Assembly: GCA_963815825.1 (NCBI GenBank)
Contig: CAWFII010000016.1
Location: 14,932 to 78,931 of the forward strand
Direction: 5' to 3'
Source: an uncultured Actinomycetota bacterium
Lineage (GTDB): Bacteria > Actinomycetota > Actinomycetes > Propionibacteriales > Nocardioidaceae
DNA: 64,000 nucleotides
The translations under genes and the position numbers were made by a program. Positions 29,686 to 38,912 of this stretch are shown piece after piece; position 1 is the first letter of the stretch, and every line of letters begins with the position of its first letter. The notes below the pieces were generated by a model. It was not told the origin of the DNA. It did no database searches and saw only the letters and a list, made by a program, of their open reading frames with translations.

Positions 29686-29878
29686 CTACACCCCTCCATC
29701 GGCAGGCGCCGAGTCGACTTCTGGGACCGGGCTGCCCCGGAGACCACGAAGGCCCGGGTGCAACAGCACCGGGCCCATTGCGACCTCACGCTACCAAGGG
29801 TCGAGCCTCGTCGACCATTCCGCTCCCAGGTTTGTCCGAGTTGCGACGGCCTCTCGCGGCTGCCTCTACAGTGTCGGC

Positions 29879-30781
29879 GTGGATCCCCTCCTGCTGATCA
29901 CCAACTCCGAGGCCGGGGGTGGCCTGAACGAAGGCCTCGAGGTCGCCCTGGCGGTGCTCCGCGAGGACGCCGACGTGGAGGTCGCCTCGACCGGGAACCC
30001 CGGCGAGCTCGACGGTGTCCTGCACCGGGCCGGTTGCCGCTCGATCGTGGTTGCCGGAGGTGACGGGAGCCTGCACGCGGTGGTGAAGGCACTGCACCGC
30101 CGCCACGAGCTCGCCAGGCGCACGCTCGGCCTGATCCCGCTAGGAACGGGCAACGACTTCGCGCGCACGCTCGGGATCCCCCTCGACCCGGCCGAGGCCG
30201 CCGCGGCCCTGCTGAGCGGAGAGCCCCGCCCGATGGATCTCATCGTCGACGAGCTCGGCGGTGTGGTGGTCAACAGCGTGCACGCCGGCGCCAGCGCCCA
30301 GGCGAGCCGCCGCGGGGTCCGCTGGAAGGAGCGACTCGGCCCGTACGGCTTCGGGATCCTGGGTTATCCCATCGGAGCCGTGATGGCCGCGGTGCGGCCG
30401 CCGTTCGTCCGGCTGCGTATCGAGGCCGACGGGGAGCTGATCTCCGACATGGACCAGCACATCTTGATGATCGCGGTGGGCAACGGTGCCAGCGTCGGCG
30501 GCGGCACCGAGCTCACGCCCGAGGCGGACCCGGAGGACGGCAAGCTCGACGTGATGGTGTCGTTCGCCACCGGGCCGATCGAGCGCCTCGCCTACGTGTG
30601 GAAGCTGCGCACCGGCGACCACGAGGAGCGGTCGGACGTGATCACCAGGCGGGTCACCCAGGTGACGGTCTCCGGCGAGGACTTCTTCCTCGCCGCCGAC
30701 GGCGAGATCAGCGGCCCCGAGCGTCGTCGCTCCTGGCACCTCGAGAAGGCGGCCTACTCGATGATCGTCCCGCGCACCTAG
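29879..30781 (+). CDS. Diacylglycerol/lipid kinase family (YegS-like)
   Basis: VAGGDGSL, IPLGTGNDFAR, GGG, DGKLDV, ADGE. -10 TACAGT 6 nt before the GTG. Confidence 0.9.
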   Translation: MDPLLLITNSEAGGGLNEGLEVALAVLREDADVEVASTGNPGELDGVLHRAGCRSIVVAGGDGSLHAVVKALHRRHELARRTLGLIPLGTGNDFARTLGIPLDPAEAAAALLSGEPRPMDLIVDELGGVVVNSVHAGASAQASRRGVRWKERLGPYGFGILGYPIGAVMAAVRPPFVRLRIEADGELISDMDQHILMIAVGNGASVGGGTELTPEADPEDGKLDVMVSFATGPIERLAYVWKLRTGDHEERSDVITRRVTQVTVSGEDFFLAADGEISGPERRRSWHLEKAAYSMIVPRT

Positions 30782-30794
30782 GCAGCAGCTCGTC

Positions 30795-32480
30795 CTAGTC
30801 GTCGGCCTCGTCCAGCCCGGCGCCCTCCACGACCGGCCGGAACTTCTCGACCCGCGCGTCACCGGCGTCGGCGAAGTAGTCGCCCGGCGTGGTCTCGTCG
30901 GAGCCGTTGTCGACCTTCATCGCGTTCAGGACGGCCGAGACGACCACGGAGATGATGAGGTTGGCCGCGAACGCGGTCAGCGCGATGTAGCCCATCTGCC
31001 CGATGCCGGGGATCAGGTCCAGCGAGCCGCCGAAGTGCTTCCCGGTCACCGGGTTGAGCACGTTGTATGCCTCGACGGTGCCGTAGACCATGCCCACGGC
31101 CCAACCGGCCAGCAGCGCCCACTTGTGGAACCAGCGGGTGTAGAGGCTGAACACGATCGCCGGGAACGTCTGCAGGATCCAGATGCCGCCGAGGAGCTGG
31201 AAGTTGATCGCGTTCTGCTTGTCCAGGGTGAGCACGAAGACCAGCGCGAACCCCTTGACCGCGAGCGAGGCCAGCTTGGAGACCTTGGCCTCCTGGGCGT
31301 GCGTGGCGTCCGGCTTGAGCCACTCCTTGTAGATGTTGCGGGTGAAGGTGTTGGCCGCCGCGATCGACATGATCGCCGCCGGCACGAGCGCCCCGATGGC
31401 CACGGCCGCGAAGGCCACGCCGGCGAACCAGGACGGGAAGGAGTCCTCGAAGAGCTGCGGGATCACCAGCTGGGGGTTGGGCTTGCCGTCGACGCCGATC
31501 GGCTTGGTGCCGGCCGCGATCGCGACCCAGCCGAGCAGGGCGAGCAGGCCGAGCACGAAGGAGTACGCCGGCAGGATCGAGGCGTTGCGCCGGATCGTCG
31601 TACGGCTCTCCGAGGAGAGGGTCGCGGTGACCGAGTGCGGATACATGAACAGTGCCATCGCCGAGCCCAGGGCGAGTGAGGCATAGGCCCACATCTGGCC
31701 GTCGCCGGGGATGAAGGCGCCGTTCGGCTTGCCGGTGGCCTCGTTGGTGGCCGACATCTTGTCCGCCGCGGCACCGAAGACCGCCTCCCAGCCACCGACC
31801 TTCGTCGGCAGGTAGAGCACCGCCACGATGATCACCAGGTAGATCAGCGCGTCCTTGACAAACGCGATCACCGCCGGCGCGCGCAGTCCCGAGGTGTAGG
31901 TGTAGGCCGCCAGCACGACGAACGCGATCAGCAACGGCAGGTCCTTGGCCAGCCAGTTCTCACCGCTGCCGAGCCCGACCACGTCGAGGACCGCCTGGAT
32001 TCCGACGAGCTGCAGTGCGATGTAGGGCATCGTCGCGAGGAACCCGGTCACGGCGACCGCGAGCGAGAGCACCCGGGAGTCGTAACGTCCTCGGACGAAG
32101 TCGGCGGTGGTCACGTAGCCGTGCCGGTGGCTGACCGACCACAGCCGCGCCATGAAGATGAAGATGATCGGGTAGAGGATGATCGTGTAGGGCACCGCGA
32201 AGAAGCCGGCCACCGAGCCCAGCGCGAACATCGCCGCCGGGACGGCGATGAAGGTGTAGGCCGTGTAGAGGTCCCCGCCGAGCAGGAACCAGGTCACCCA
32301 GGTGCCGAACTTGCGCCCACCGAGACCCCATTCGTCGAGGGACTCGAGGGTGTCGCCCTTCTGGAAGCGGGTGGCCATGAAGCCGAGCACCGTGACCACG
32401 ATGAAGAGCAGGATCAGCACCGCGAGCGCGACGCCGTTGATGCCACCGCCGGCAGCCAGCGGCGTCAGGAGGGGGCTCAT
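30795..32480 (-). CDS. Sodium:solute symporter (MctP-like monocarboxylate uptake permease)
   Basis: EWGLGGRKFG, GGDLYTAYTF, TMPYIALQLVG; downstream of DUF3311. Confidence 0.9.
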   Translation of the reverse strand: MSPLLTPLAAGGGINGVALAVLILLFIVVTVLGFMATRFQKGDTLESLDEWGLGGRKFGTWVTWFLLGGDLYTAYTFIAVPAAMFALGSVAGFFAVPYTIILYPIIFIFMARLWSVSHRHGYVTTADFVRGRYDSRVLSLAVAVTGFLATMPYIALQLVGIQAVLDVVGLGSGENWLAKDLPLLIAFVVLAAYTYTSGLRAPAVIAFVKDALIYLVIIVAVLYLPTKVGGWEAVFGAAADKMSATNEATGKPNGAFIPGDGQMWAYASLALGSAMALFMYPHSVTATLSSESRTTIRRNASILPAYSFVLGLLALLGWVAIAAGTKPIGVDGKPNPQLVIPQLFEDSFPSWFAGVAFAAVAIGALVPAAIMSIAAANTFTRNIYKEWLKPDATHAQEAKVSKLASLAVKGFALVFVLTLDKQNAINFQLLGGIWILQTFPAIVFSLYTRWFHKWALLAGWAVGMVYGTVEAYNVLNPVTGKHFGGSLDLIPGIGQMGYIALTAFAANLIISVVVSAVLNAMKVDNGSDETTPGDYFADAGDARVEKFRPVVEGAGLDEADD

Positions 32481-32776
32481 CGGTCACCGTCCCGGTCGGC
32501 CGGGGTGACGTGGCCGGTCGTGCCCGGGCCCGGCTTGCGCGCGGCCAGCACGAGCCGGTGCGCGGTGTAGGTGAGTCCGGCGCAGAGGAAGACCCACATG
32601 AACTGGTACCAGAAGAAGAACGGGAAGCCCCACAGTCGCGGTGTGTCGCGGTTGTAGCTGCTCACCCAGAGGAGGGCGATCACGGGGATCACGAGCAGGA
32701 CGCCGGCCACGGCCAACATCGTCTTGTTCGTCGGAGGGACGCCGTCAGCCCCGCCCGAGCGGTTCAGATCTGCCAT
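32477..32776 (-). CDS. DUF3311 small membrane partner of the symporter
   Basis: YNRDTPRLWGFPFFFWYQFMWV; overlaps the symporter start. Confidence 0.88.
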   Translation of the reverse strand: MADLNRSGGADGVPPTNKTMLAVAGVLLVIPVIALLWVSSYNRDTPRLWGFPFFFWYQFMWVFLCAGLTYTAHRLVLAARKPGPGTTGHVTPADRDGDR

Positions 32777-32823
32777 GGCACGGGACTCTAGACCGGATGC
32801 CGGCCCGGTCACACCCCCCGGGC

Positions 32824-33249
32824 TCAGGTGAGCTCTGCGTGTCCCTCGGGGCTGGAGTCCCGGAGGAACTGGTCGCAGCGCTCGTGCTCGGGCTGCTCGC
32901 CGATGCGAGCTGCAGCCTCGGCGAGGGCGGCCAGCGCCCGGAGGAAACCGCGGTTCGGCTCGTGCTCCCAGGGCACCGGGCCGTGGCCCTTCCAGCCGTT
33001 GCGGCGCAGCATGTCCAGACTGCGGTGGTAGCCGACCCGGGCGTAGGCGTAGGCGGTGACGTCGTCCTCGTCGGCGTCAGCCAGCGACTCCTCGGCCAGG
33101 GTGGCCCAGGCCACGGGAGACTCGGGGTGTCGGCGTACGACGTCACGAGCCTGCGCGCCCGACTCGATCTCGGCCGCCGCCGGGTCCGTCGGGAGCAGGG
33201 TGGGAGGGGGACCGGCGATCAGGTCTCTGCCGATGTGTGAGTCGCTCAT
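32824..33249 (-). CDS. DUF3151 family protein
   Basis: AYAYARVGYHRSLDMLRRNGWKGHGPVPWEHEPNRGFLRAL. Confidence 0.92.
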   Translation of the reverse strand: MSDSHIGRDLIAGPPPTLLPTDPAAAEIESGAQARDVVRRHPESPVAWATLAEESLADADEDDVTAYAYARVGYHRSLDMLRRNGWKGHGPVPWEHEPNRGFLRALAALAEAAARIGEQPEHERCDQFLRDSSPEGHAELT

Positions 33250-33280
33250 GGCTCGATGGTCCCTGACAGCCCCTTCCGCT

Positions 33281-34648
33281 TGTAACGCGGGGTTATGGAC
33301 CGTAGACCCGCGGTGTACGCCGCACTACCAGTCCACTGCCCCGCACCAGATCATCGAGGGCGCGAGGCGGTAGGGCCCGAGGCGGTACGGCCCGAGGCGG
33401 TGACGGCTCAGCGCGGTGACGGCTCAGGCGCGCCGGCGCAGACGCTGGCCCTCGAGCTCGCGGGCGGTGCGAGCGAGCCGATCGGGGAGCACGTCGCCGA
33501 AACGAGCGACGGTCACGGCGTACTCCGCGAGCAGGCGGGCCCTGGCGCGGGCCCGAGCAGCTCCGAAGAGGTCGTCCCACACCAGCCGGGACATGCCCAG
33601 CCCCTGGGCGCAGATCTCCTGCTGGCGCCTCTTCTCCTCCCAGACGACGTCCCCCGCAGGGCGTAGGGCGAAGCCGCCCTGCTCGGGCCTGGAGTACTTC
33701 ACCCGGCCGTCGAACTCGAAGACGTGACAGCCGACCCTCAGGTCGGTCCAGTAGACGCGACCCCCCACCCGGACGGGGAACTGGGTGTGCGGCTCGCCGA
33801 TCCCGAGCTCGTGGACGAGCAGCCGGGAGAGTGACTCACCAGGCGTCTCGGCCCCCGCATCGGCCAACGCGACAGCGGCGCGCGCGACCGTGATCCCGGG
33901 CCAGGACCGCTGCCCGGCCAGCTCAGCGTGGAGGTCGAGCACGGAGAGGCCGTGTGCGAGCGCATGGTCCGCGGCCACCAGCGCGTGTCCGAGCCCGTGC
34001 TCGCGACCGAGATCGACGACCGTGCGCGCCACACCTGTGACGGGGAGCATGCCGGCCACCGCGAGGGTCGGGATGCGTTTGCCGAGGTGGTGCTTCACGC
34101 CGTGCTCGGTGCGTGAACCGCCCACCCCGGGGCGGGTGATGTGCACCAGCGGGTGCCGTGGCCGGAGCAGTGGCAGTCCGTGCGATCGCGCCGCGGAGTC
34201 GTGGCTCAGCATGTGCGGCTGGGTCATCGTCAGGTGCGCGGCGCGGTCACGCAGCGCCATCTGCCCGGTGTGCGCGTCGAGCGCCTCCCAGGTCGTCCGC
34301 TCGACATAGACGCCGCGGCGGACGACGACCCACGCGCCGTCGACGGCCGTGAGCGTCTTCAGCTCACGCTCCGAGTAGTCGGCCTCGACGGCCTGGCGCC
34401 GGGACACCAGGCCCCCCTGGCGTGCCGCCACTGCGGCGAGGTGCGGTCTCATCCCGGCAGCGTCGTGCCGCGTGGGGAGGCTGGTCGAGGCCAGTCCCTG
34501 TGGTGTGCAGCGGGTACGCCGACCCGGTCCCTGTGGACGCGAGCCGGCGACACGCGTGACGTCCGGCTCGACACCCGATCTCCTGCGGTGTTGTGGACCG
34601 TGAGTGCGTCGTACGCGACGTGTGCACGGTCCATAACCCCGCGTTACA
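33281..34648. mobile_element. Putative non-canonical mobile unit: AbiEi/DUF559-like gene bounded by 23-bp perfect inverted repeats
   Basis: TGTAACGCGGGGTTATGGACCGT at 33281-33303 and its exact reverse complement at 34626-34648. No transposase and no clear target-site duplication. Confidence 0.55.
33424..34452 (-). CDS. AbiEi-antitoxin-N-terminal-like / DUF559-type nuclease-domain protein, copy 1
   Basis: N-terminal wHTH-like QGGLVSRRQA...WVVVRRGVY, LSHDSAA, VTGVARTVVDL, AETPGES, C-terminal TDL...EFDGRVKY. Confidence 0.8.
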   Translation of the reverse strand: MRPHLAAVAARQGGLVSRRQAVEADYSERELKTLTAVDGAWVVVRRGVYVERTTWEALDAHTGQMALRDRAAHLTMTQPHMLSHDSAARSHGLPLLRPRHPLVHITRPGVGGSRTEHGVKHHLGKRIPTLAVAGMLPVTGVARTVVDLGREHGLGHALVAADHALAHGLSVLDLHAELAGQRSWPGITVARAAVALADAGAETPGESLSRLLVHELGIGEPHTQFPVRVGGRVYWTDLRVGCHVFEFDGRVKYSRPEQGGFALRPAGDVVWEEKRRQQEICAQGLGMSRLVWDDLFGAARARARARLLAEYAVTVARFGDVLPDRLARTARELEGQRLRRRA

Positions 34649-34669
34649 GCGGGGAGGCGAGCGGGGGGG

Positions 34670-35701
34670 TCAGCCGATCGAGTGCCCGGTCGCGCGCAGG
34701 TTCTCGCAGGCGGTGACGACGCGGGCGGCCATGCCGGCCTCGGCAGCCTTGCCCCAGGCGCGGGGGTCGTAGAGCTTCTTGTTGCCCACCTCGCCGTCGA
34801 TCTTCAGGACACCCTCGTAGTTGGCGAGCATGTGGCCGGCGACCGGGCGGCTGAAGGCGTACTGGGTGTCGGTGTCCACGTTCATCTTGATCACCCCGAA
34901 GTCGACCGCGGCGGCGATCTCCTCGGCGCTGGACCCGGAGCCGCCGTGGAAGACCAGGTCGAACGGCTTGGCGTCCTGGTCGAGGCCGAGCTTCTCGCAG
35001 ACCGCCTGCTGCGCCTTCTGCAGGATCTCCGGGCGGAGCTTGACGTTGCCGGGCTTGTACACGCCGTGGACGTTGCCGAACGTCAGCGCCGTCATGTAGC
35101 GGCCGTGCTCACCGGTGCCGAGCGCCTCGACCGTGGCGAGCGCGTCCTCGGTGGTGCTGTAGAGCTTGTCGCCGGCTCCTCCCTCGACGCCGTCCTCCTC
35201 GCCGCCGACCACGCCGATCTCCACCTCGAGCACGATCCTGGCCTCGGCGGCCTTCTTGAGCAGGTCCTGGGCGATCGAGAGGTTCTCCTCCAGCGGCACC
35301 GCGGAGCCGTCCCACATGTGTGACTGGAACAAGGGGTCCTCTCCGTTGCGCACCCGCTCGAGCGAGATCTCCAGAAGCGGCCTGACGAAGCCGTCGAGCT
35401 TGTCCTTCGGGCAGTGGTCGGTGTGCAGCGCGATGTTCACGGGGTACTTCTTCGCCACCTCCCGCGCGAACGCGGCGAACGCCACCGACCCGGAGACCAT
35501 GTCCTTGATCGTCGGGCCGGAGAGGTACTCGGCACCGCCCGTGGAGACCTGAATGATCCCGTCGCTGCCGGCTTCGGCGAAGCCGGCCAGCGCGGCGTTC
35601 AGGGTCTGCGAGGACGAGACGTTGATGGCCGGGAAGGCGAAGGCGTTCTGCTTGGCGGCATCCAGCATCTCGGCGTACTTCTCAGGCGTTGCGATCGGCA
35701 T
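34670..35701 (-). CDS. fbaA: Class II fructose-bisphosphate aldolase
   Basis: ALHTDHC, SHMWDGS, EIGVVGGEEDG, FGNVHGVYKPG, VFHGGSGS, KMNVDTD, KLYDPR. Confidence 0.97.
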   Translation of the reverse strand: MPIATPEKYAEMLDAAKQNAFAFPAINVSSSQTLNAALAGFAEAGSDGIIQVSTGGAEYLSGPTIKDMVSGSVAFAAFAREVAKKYPVNIALHTDHCPKDKLDGFVRPLLEISLERVRNGEDPLFQSHMWDGSAVPLEENLSIAQDLLKKAAEARIVLEVEIGVVGGEEDGVEGGAGDKLYSTTEDALATVEALGTGEHGRYMTALTFGNVHGVYKPGNVKLRPEILQKAQQAVCEKLGLDQDAKPFDLVFHGGSGSSAEEIAAAVDFGVIKMNVDTDTQYAFSRPVAGHMLANYEGVLKIDGEVGNKKLYDPRAWGKAAEAGMAARVVTACENLRATGHSIG

Positions 35702-35835
35702 GGTGCGGTCTCCTCGGAGTCCTCAGGTGTGCGGCACGGGGCGCTTCAACCCTAATGGCTGATCCGGCCACCCGCCCGGGTCGACCGTGGAAGAATCTAG
35801 GAGCCAGCCGCTCGAGACACCAGCACCGGAGTGAC

Positions 35836-36831
35836 ATGCCCGGCACATCCACCACAGCACAGCGGCGCGACCCGGCCCACTCGCTGGTCCTCGCCCGGGC
35901 CCTCGCCCGGCTCCTCGCCCGGCTCCGCGCCCAGGTCCCCGCCTCGGTCCTCGTCCTCGGGCTGGTCCTGGTGGGCGGATGCGGGGTTCCGGGCACGTCG
36001 GACACGCCCGCGGGCCGAGCCTCCTCCTCGAAGGGCACCGACCCGGGCGGGACCGGCCAGGGCGACATCGACCAGGACGGCATCCACCGGGGCGGGACCG
36101 ACCCGGGCGACAGCGACCAGACCGGCACCGACCCGGGCGGTGACGCGGACGAGACTGCCCGCGCCGCACCGGATCCCGGCTACCAGGCACCCCAGGTGGG
36201 CCAGTGCCACCGGCTCAGCTTCGCCCAGTCGCGGGCCTCGGTGGCCGCAGGCCAGCGGGTCAGCTGCGCGAAACCGCACCAGGCGGTGGTGGCCTACGTC
36301 GGCTACCGCCCCCGGGCCGTCACCCCCGGGACCCCGGTCGCGAAGCGCCGGGCGCTGGGCAGGCAGGTCTGCGAACCCGCCTACCGACGCGTGGTCGGCG
36401 GCACGCTCGTCGATCGGGCGACCTCGCTGCTCACCTGGACCTTGTTCACGCCCGACCGGGCGCAGCTCGCACGCGGGGCCCGCTGGGTGCGCTGCGACGT
36501 GCTGGCCCGCAGCGGCAGCTGGCTCGTGCCCCTCCCGACCGCCGTGCCGATGCTCGGTGCGGGCGTGCCGGAGCAGCTGCGTGTGTGCCAGGACGCCGCC
36601 GGTCTCGACGTCTCGTGCGGCGGCCCGCACGCGTTCCGGGTCGAGGCCGCCTACCAGGAGACCGGCACCGCCTACCCCACGATCCCCGCATACCCGGCAG
36701 TGGCGCGCACCCGCTGCCTGCAGCTCACCAAGAAGTACGGCGGCTACTGGCAACCACCGAGCATCACGGCCTGGCAGTCCGGGGACCGCTTCATCCGGTG
36801 CCTGTCCGCGAAGGCCGACACACTCGGCTGA
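35836..36831 (+). CDS. Septum-formation-family lipoprotein with low-complexity pentapeptide linker
   Basis: Lipobox-like LVGGC, PQVGQC...VSCAKPH, ARWVRCD, CGGPHAF, WQSGDRFIRC Cys pattern. Confidence 0.75.
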   Translation: MPGTSTTAQRRDPAHSLVLARALARLLARLRAQVPASVLVLGLVLVGGCGVPGTSDTPAGRASSSKGTDPGGTGQGDIDQDGIHRGGTDPGDSDQTGTDPGGDADETARAAPDPGYQAPQVGQCHRLSFAQSRASVAAGQRVSCAKPHQAVVAYVGYRPRAVTPGTPVAKRRALGRQVCEPAYRRVVGGTLVDRATSLLTWTLFTPDRAQLARGARWVRCDVLARSGSWLVPLPTAVPMLGAGVPEQLRVCQDAAGLDVSCGGPHAFRVEAAYQETGTAYPTIPAYPAVARTRCLQLTKKYGGYWQPPSITAWQSGDRFIRCLSAKADTLG

Positions 36832-36841
36832 GGCCGGCCAG

Positions 36842-37507
36842 CTAGCCCCGCCAGGCGGCGTCGAGGTCGGCGTACCGCCCGATCCACGCATGCATCGCGA
36901 TCGCAGCCGCGGCAGAGGCGTTGATCGACCTGGTCGAACCGAACTGGGCGATGGAGAACGTCCCGTCACAGACCTCTCTCGCCTCCTCGGAGAGACCGGG
37001 CCCCTCCTGGCCGAACAGGAAGCAGACCCGACGGGGAAGGTCCCAGGTCTCGAGGTGCTCTGAGCCGGGAAGGTTGTCGACCCCCATGAGCTGCACCCCC
37101 TGCTCGTGCATCCGGGCGGCCAGGTCCGCCACGGTCGGGTGGTGGCGCACGTGCTGGTAGCGGTCGGTGACCATCGCCCCGCGCCGGTTCCAGCGCCGCT
37201 TGCCGACGATGTGCACCTCGCGCGCGAGGAACGCGTTGGCCGTGCGCACGATCGTCCCGATGTTGAAGTCGTGCTGCCAGTTCTCGATCGCGATATGGAA
37301 GTCGTGCCGCCGGGTGTCGAGATCGGCGACGATGGCCTCCAGCGTCCAGTAGCGGTACCGGTCCACGACGTTGCGCCGGTCCCCCTCGGCCAGCAGCTGT
37401 GCGTCGTACTGCACCCCCTTCGGCGCTGGACCGACCCAGGGTCCGACCCCGATCTCCTCAGGACCGTGCGGCATCGGGTCGTACGGCGCGCGCTGCTCGT
37501 CACTCAC
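36842..37507 (-). CDS. TrmH/SpoU family RNA methyltransferase
   Basis: ENWQHDFNIGTIVRTANAF, FGQEGPGLS, SINASAA. Confidence 0.93.
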   Translation of the reverse strand: MSDEQRAPYDPMPHGPEEIGVGPWVGPAPKGVQYDAQLLAEGDRRNVVDRYRYWTLEAIVADLDTRRHDFHIAIENWQHDFNIGTIVRTANAFLAREVHIVGKRRWNRRGAMVTDRYQHVRHHPTVADLAARMHEQGVQLMGVDNLPGSEHLETWDLPRRVCFLFGQEGPGLSEEAREVCDGTFSIAQFGSTRSINASAAAAIAMHAWIGRYADLDAAWRG

Positions 37508-37547
37508 AGCGGCAAGAGTAGGACGCCCGCACCGAGAGGGACCGCGG

Positions 37548-37564
37548 TCAGCATGCAGTCAGGT
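37548..37564 (+). promoter_or_regulatory. Third copy of the TCAGGT direct-repeat box (TCAGCA-N5-TCAGGT), upstream of dedA
   Basis: Followed by 9 nt, TAGCCT, 6 nt, GTG; same geometry as the boxes at 22764 and 24823. Confidence 0.55.
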
Positions 37565-37641
37565 CGACCCCGATAGCCTCGGGTGGTGATCCCCACCCCA
37601 TCGCTGCTGGTGCAGCGCCCGCGCCTGCGCTCGGACCACGG

Positions 37642-38316
37642 ATGAGCACCCTGCAGCCGCTGCTCTTCGGCATCAAGTGGATGGACCCCAACTGGCTGCT
37701 CGACCAGTTCGGCACCGGGTTCTTCTGGGTGTGCCTGGTGATCGTGCTGGTGGAGTGCGGACTGTTCTTCCCGTTCCTTCCGGGCGACACCTTGCTGTTC
37801 GCGGTCGGGCTCTTCATCGCCAGCCGTGACGGGATCGTCCCGGGACCGCACGCGACCGATCTCCCGCTCGCGATCCTGCTGCTCATCGCAGCGGCCTTCG
37901 CGGGCAACGTGCTCGGCTACGAGATCGGACGCTGGATCGGCCCCCCGCTCTACGAGCGCAACGGCAGGATCCTCAAGCGCAAGTACTTCGAGCAGACCGA
38001 GGCCTTCTTCGAGAAGCACGGCAACAAGGCGCTCGTGATCGGCCGGTTCGTGCCGTTCGTGCGCACCTACATCACGGTGGTGGCAGGCGTCACCCGGATG
38101 AGGCGGGACCGGTTCTTCGTCTGGAGTGCGGTCGGTGCAGCGCTGTGGGTCGTCGCGATCACCCTGATGGGCTACTTCCTGGGCCGCAGCTTCCCCAGCC
38201 TCGGCAACAACATCGACAAGGCCATCATCGTGATCCTGGCGGTGTCGGTGGTCCCGATCGCCTGGGAGTGGTGGCGTCACCGGCGACAGAGCGCCGCTGA
38301 CGTCCGCAAGCCCTGA
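37642..38316 (+). CDS. dedA: DedA/VTT family membrane protein
   Basis: ECGLFFPFLPGDTLLF, FFEKHG, GRFVPFVRT. Confidence 0.93.
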   Translation: MSTLQPLLFGIKWMDPNWLLDQFGTGFFWVCLVIVLVECGLFFPFLPGDTLLFAVGLFIASRDGIVPGPHATDLPLAILLLIAAAFAGNVLGYEIGRWIGPPLYERNGRILKRKYFEQTEAFFEKHGNKALVIGRFVPFVRTYITVVAGVTRMRRDRFFVWSAVGAALWVVAITLMGYFLGRSFPSLGNNIDKAIIVILAVSVVPIAWEWWRHRRQSAADVRKP

Positions 38317-38341
38317 CCAGGCGGCTCCCGCCGGGCAGCAG

Positions 38342-38902
38342 CTAGCGCTGCGCAGCGTCGAGCTGAGCCTTCGTCAGGACCGGGCGCACCTCGAGACCCA
38401 CGTCGGCGAGCGGGTTCTCACCGGCCGGGCTGCGGTCGATCGCGCAGACGACCGTGTCCACGACGGCCCCCGCCTCGCGTAGCGCGCGCGTGGCGTCGCG
38501 CACGGCACCGCCGGTGGTGATCACGTCCTCGACCAGGGTGACTCGTCGGCCAGCGACCTCCGGGCCTTCCGCGAGCTTGTTGGTGCCGTAGGTCTTGGCC
38601 TGCTTGCGCACGAACAGCGCCGGCAGGCCCGTGCGGGAGCTGAGCACCGTGGCGATCGGGACACCGCCGAGCTCCAACCCACCGAGGAGCTCGGTGTCGT
38701 CCGGCACGAGGTCGACCATCTGCTCCACGACGCGCGCGAGCAGCGCGGGATCGGCCTCGAATAGGTACTTGTCGAAGTACTCCGACGCGACCTGGCCGGA
38801 TCGAAGCGTGAACTCACCGGTGAGGCGGCAGCAGGAGTCGACGTCGCGCGCGAGGTCAGGATCAGTCGAGGGGGTGCCGGTGGTGGGGCCTGTCGCAACC
38901 AT
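38342..38902 (-). CDS. pyrE: Orotate phosphoribosyltransferase
   Basis: FTLRSGQVASEYFDK, GLELGGVP, RKQAKTYGT, LVEDVITTGG. Confidence 0.93.
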   Translation of the reverse strand: MVATGPTTGTPSTDPDLARDVDSCCRLTGEFTLRSGQVASEYFDKYLFEADPALLARVVEQMVDLVPDDTELLGGLELGGVPIATVLSSRTGLPALFVRKQAKTYGTNKLAEGPEVAGRRVTLVEDVITTGGAVRDATRALREAGAVVDTVVCAIDRSPAGENPLADVGLEVRPVLTKAQLDAAQR

Positions 38903-38912
38903 GCGGCGGAGG

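Noticed and set aside
33424-34452. Classical type IV AbiE toxin-antitoxin operon
   Set aside because: No AbiEii nucleotidyltransferase toxin lies next to either copy; both are solitary.
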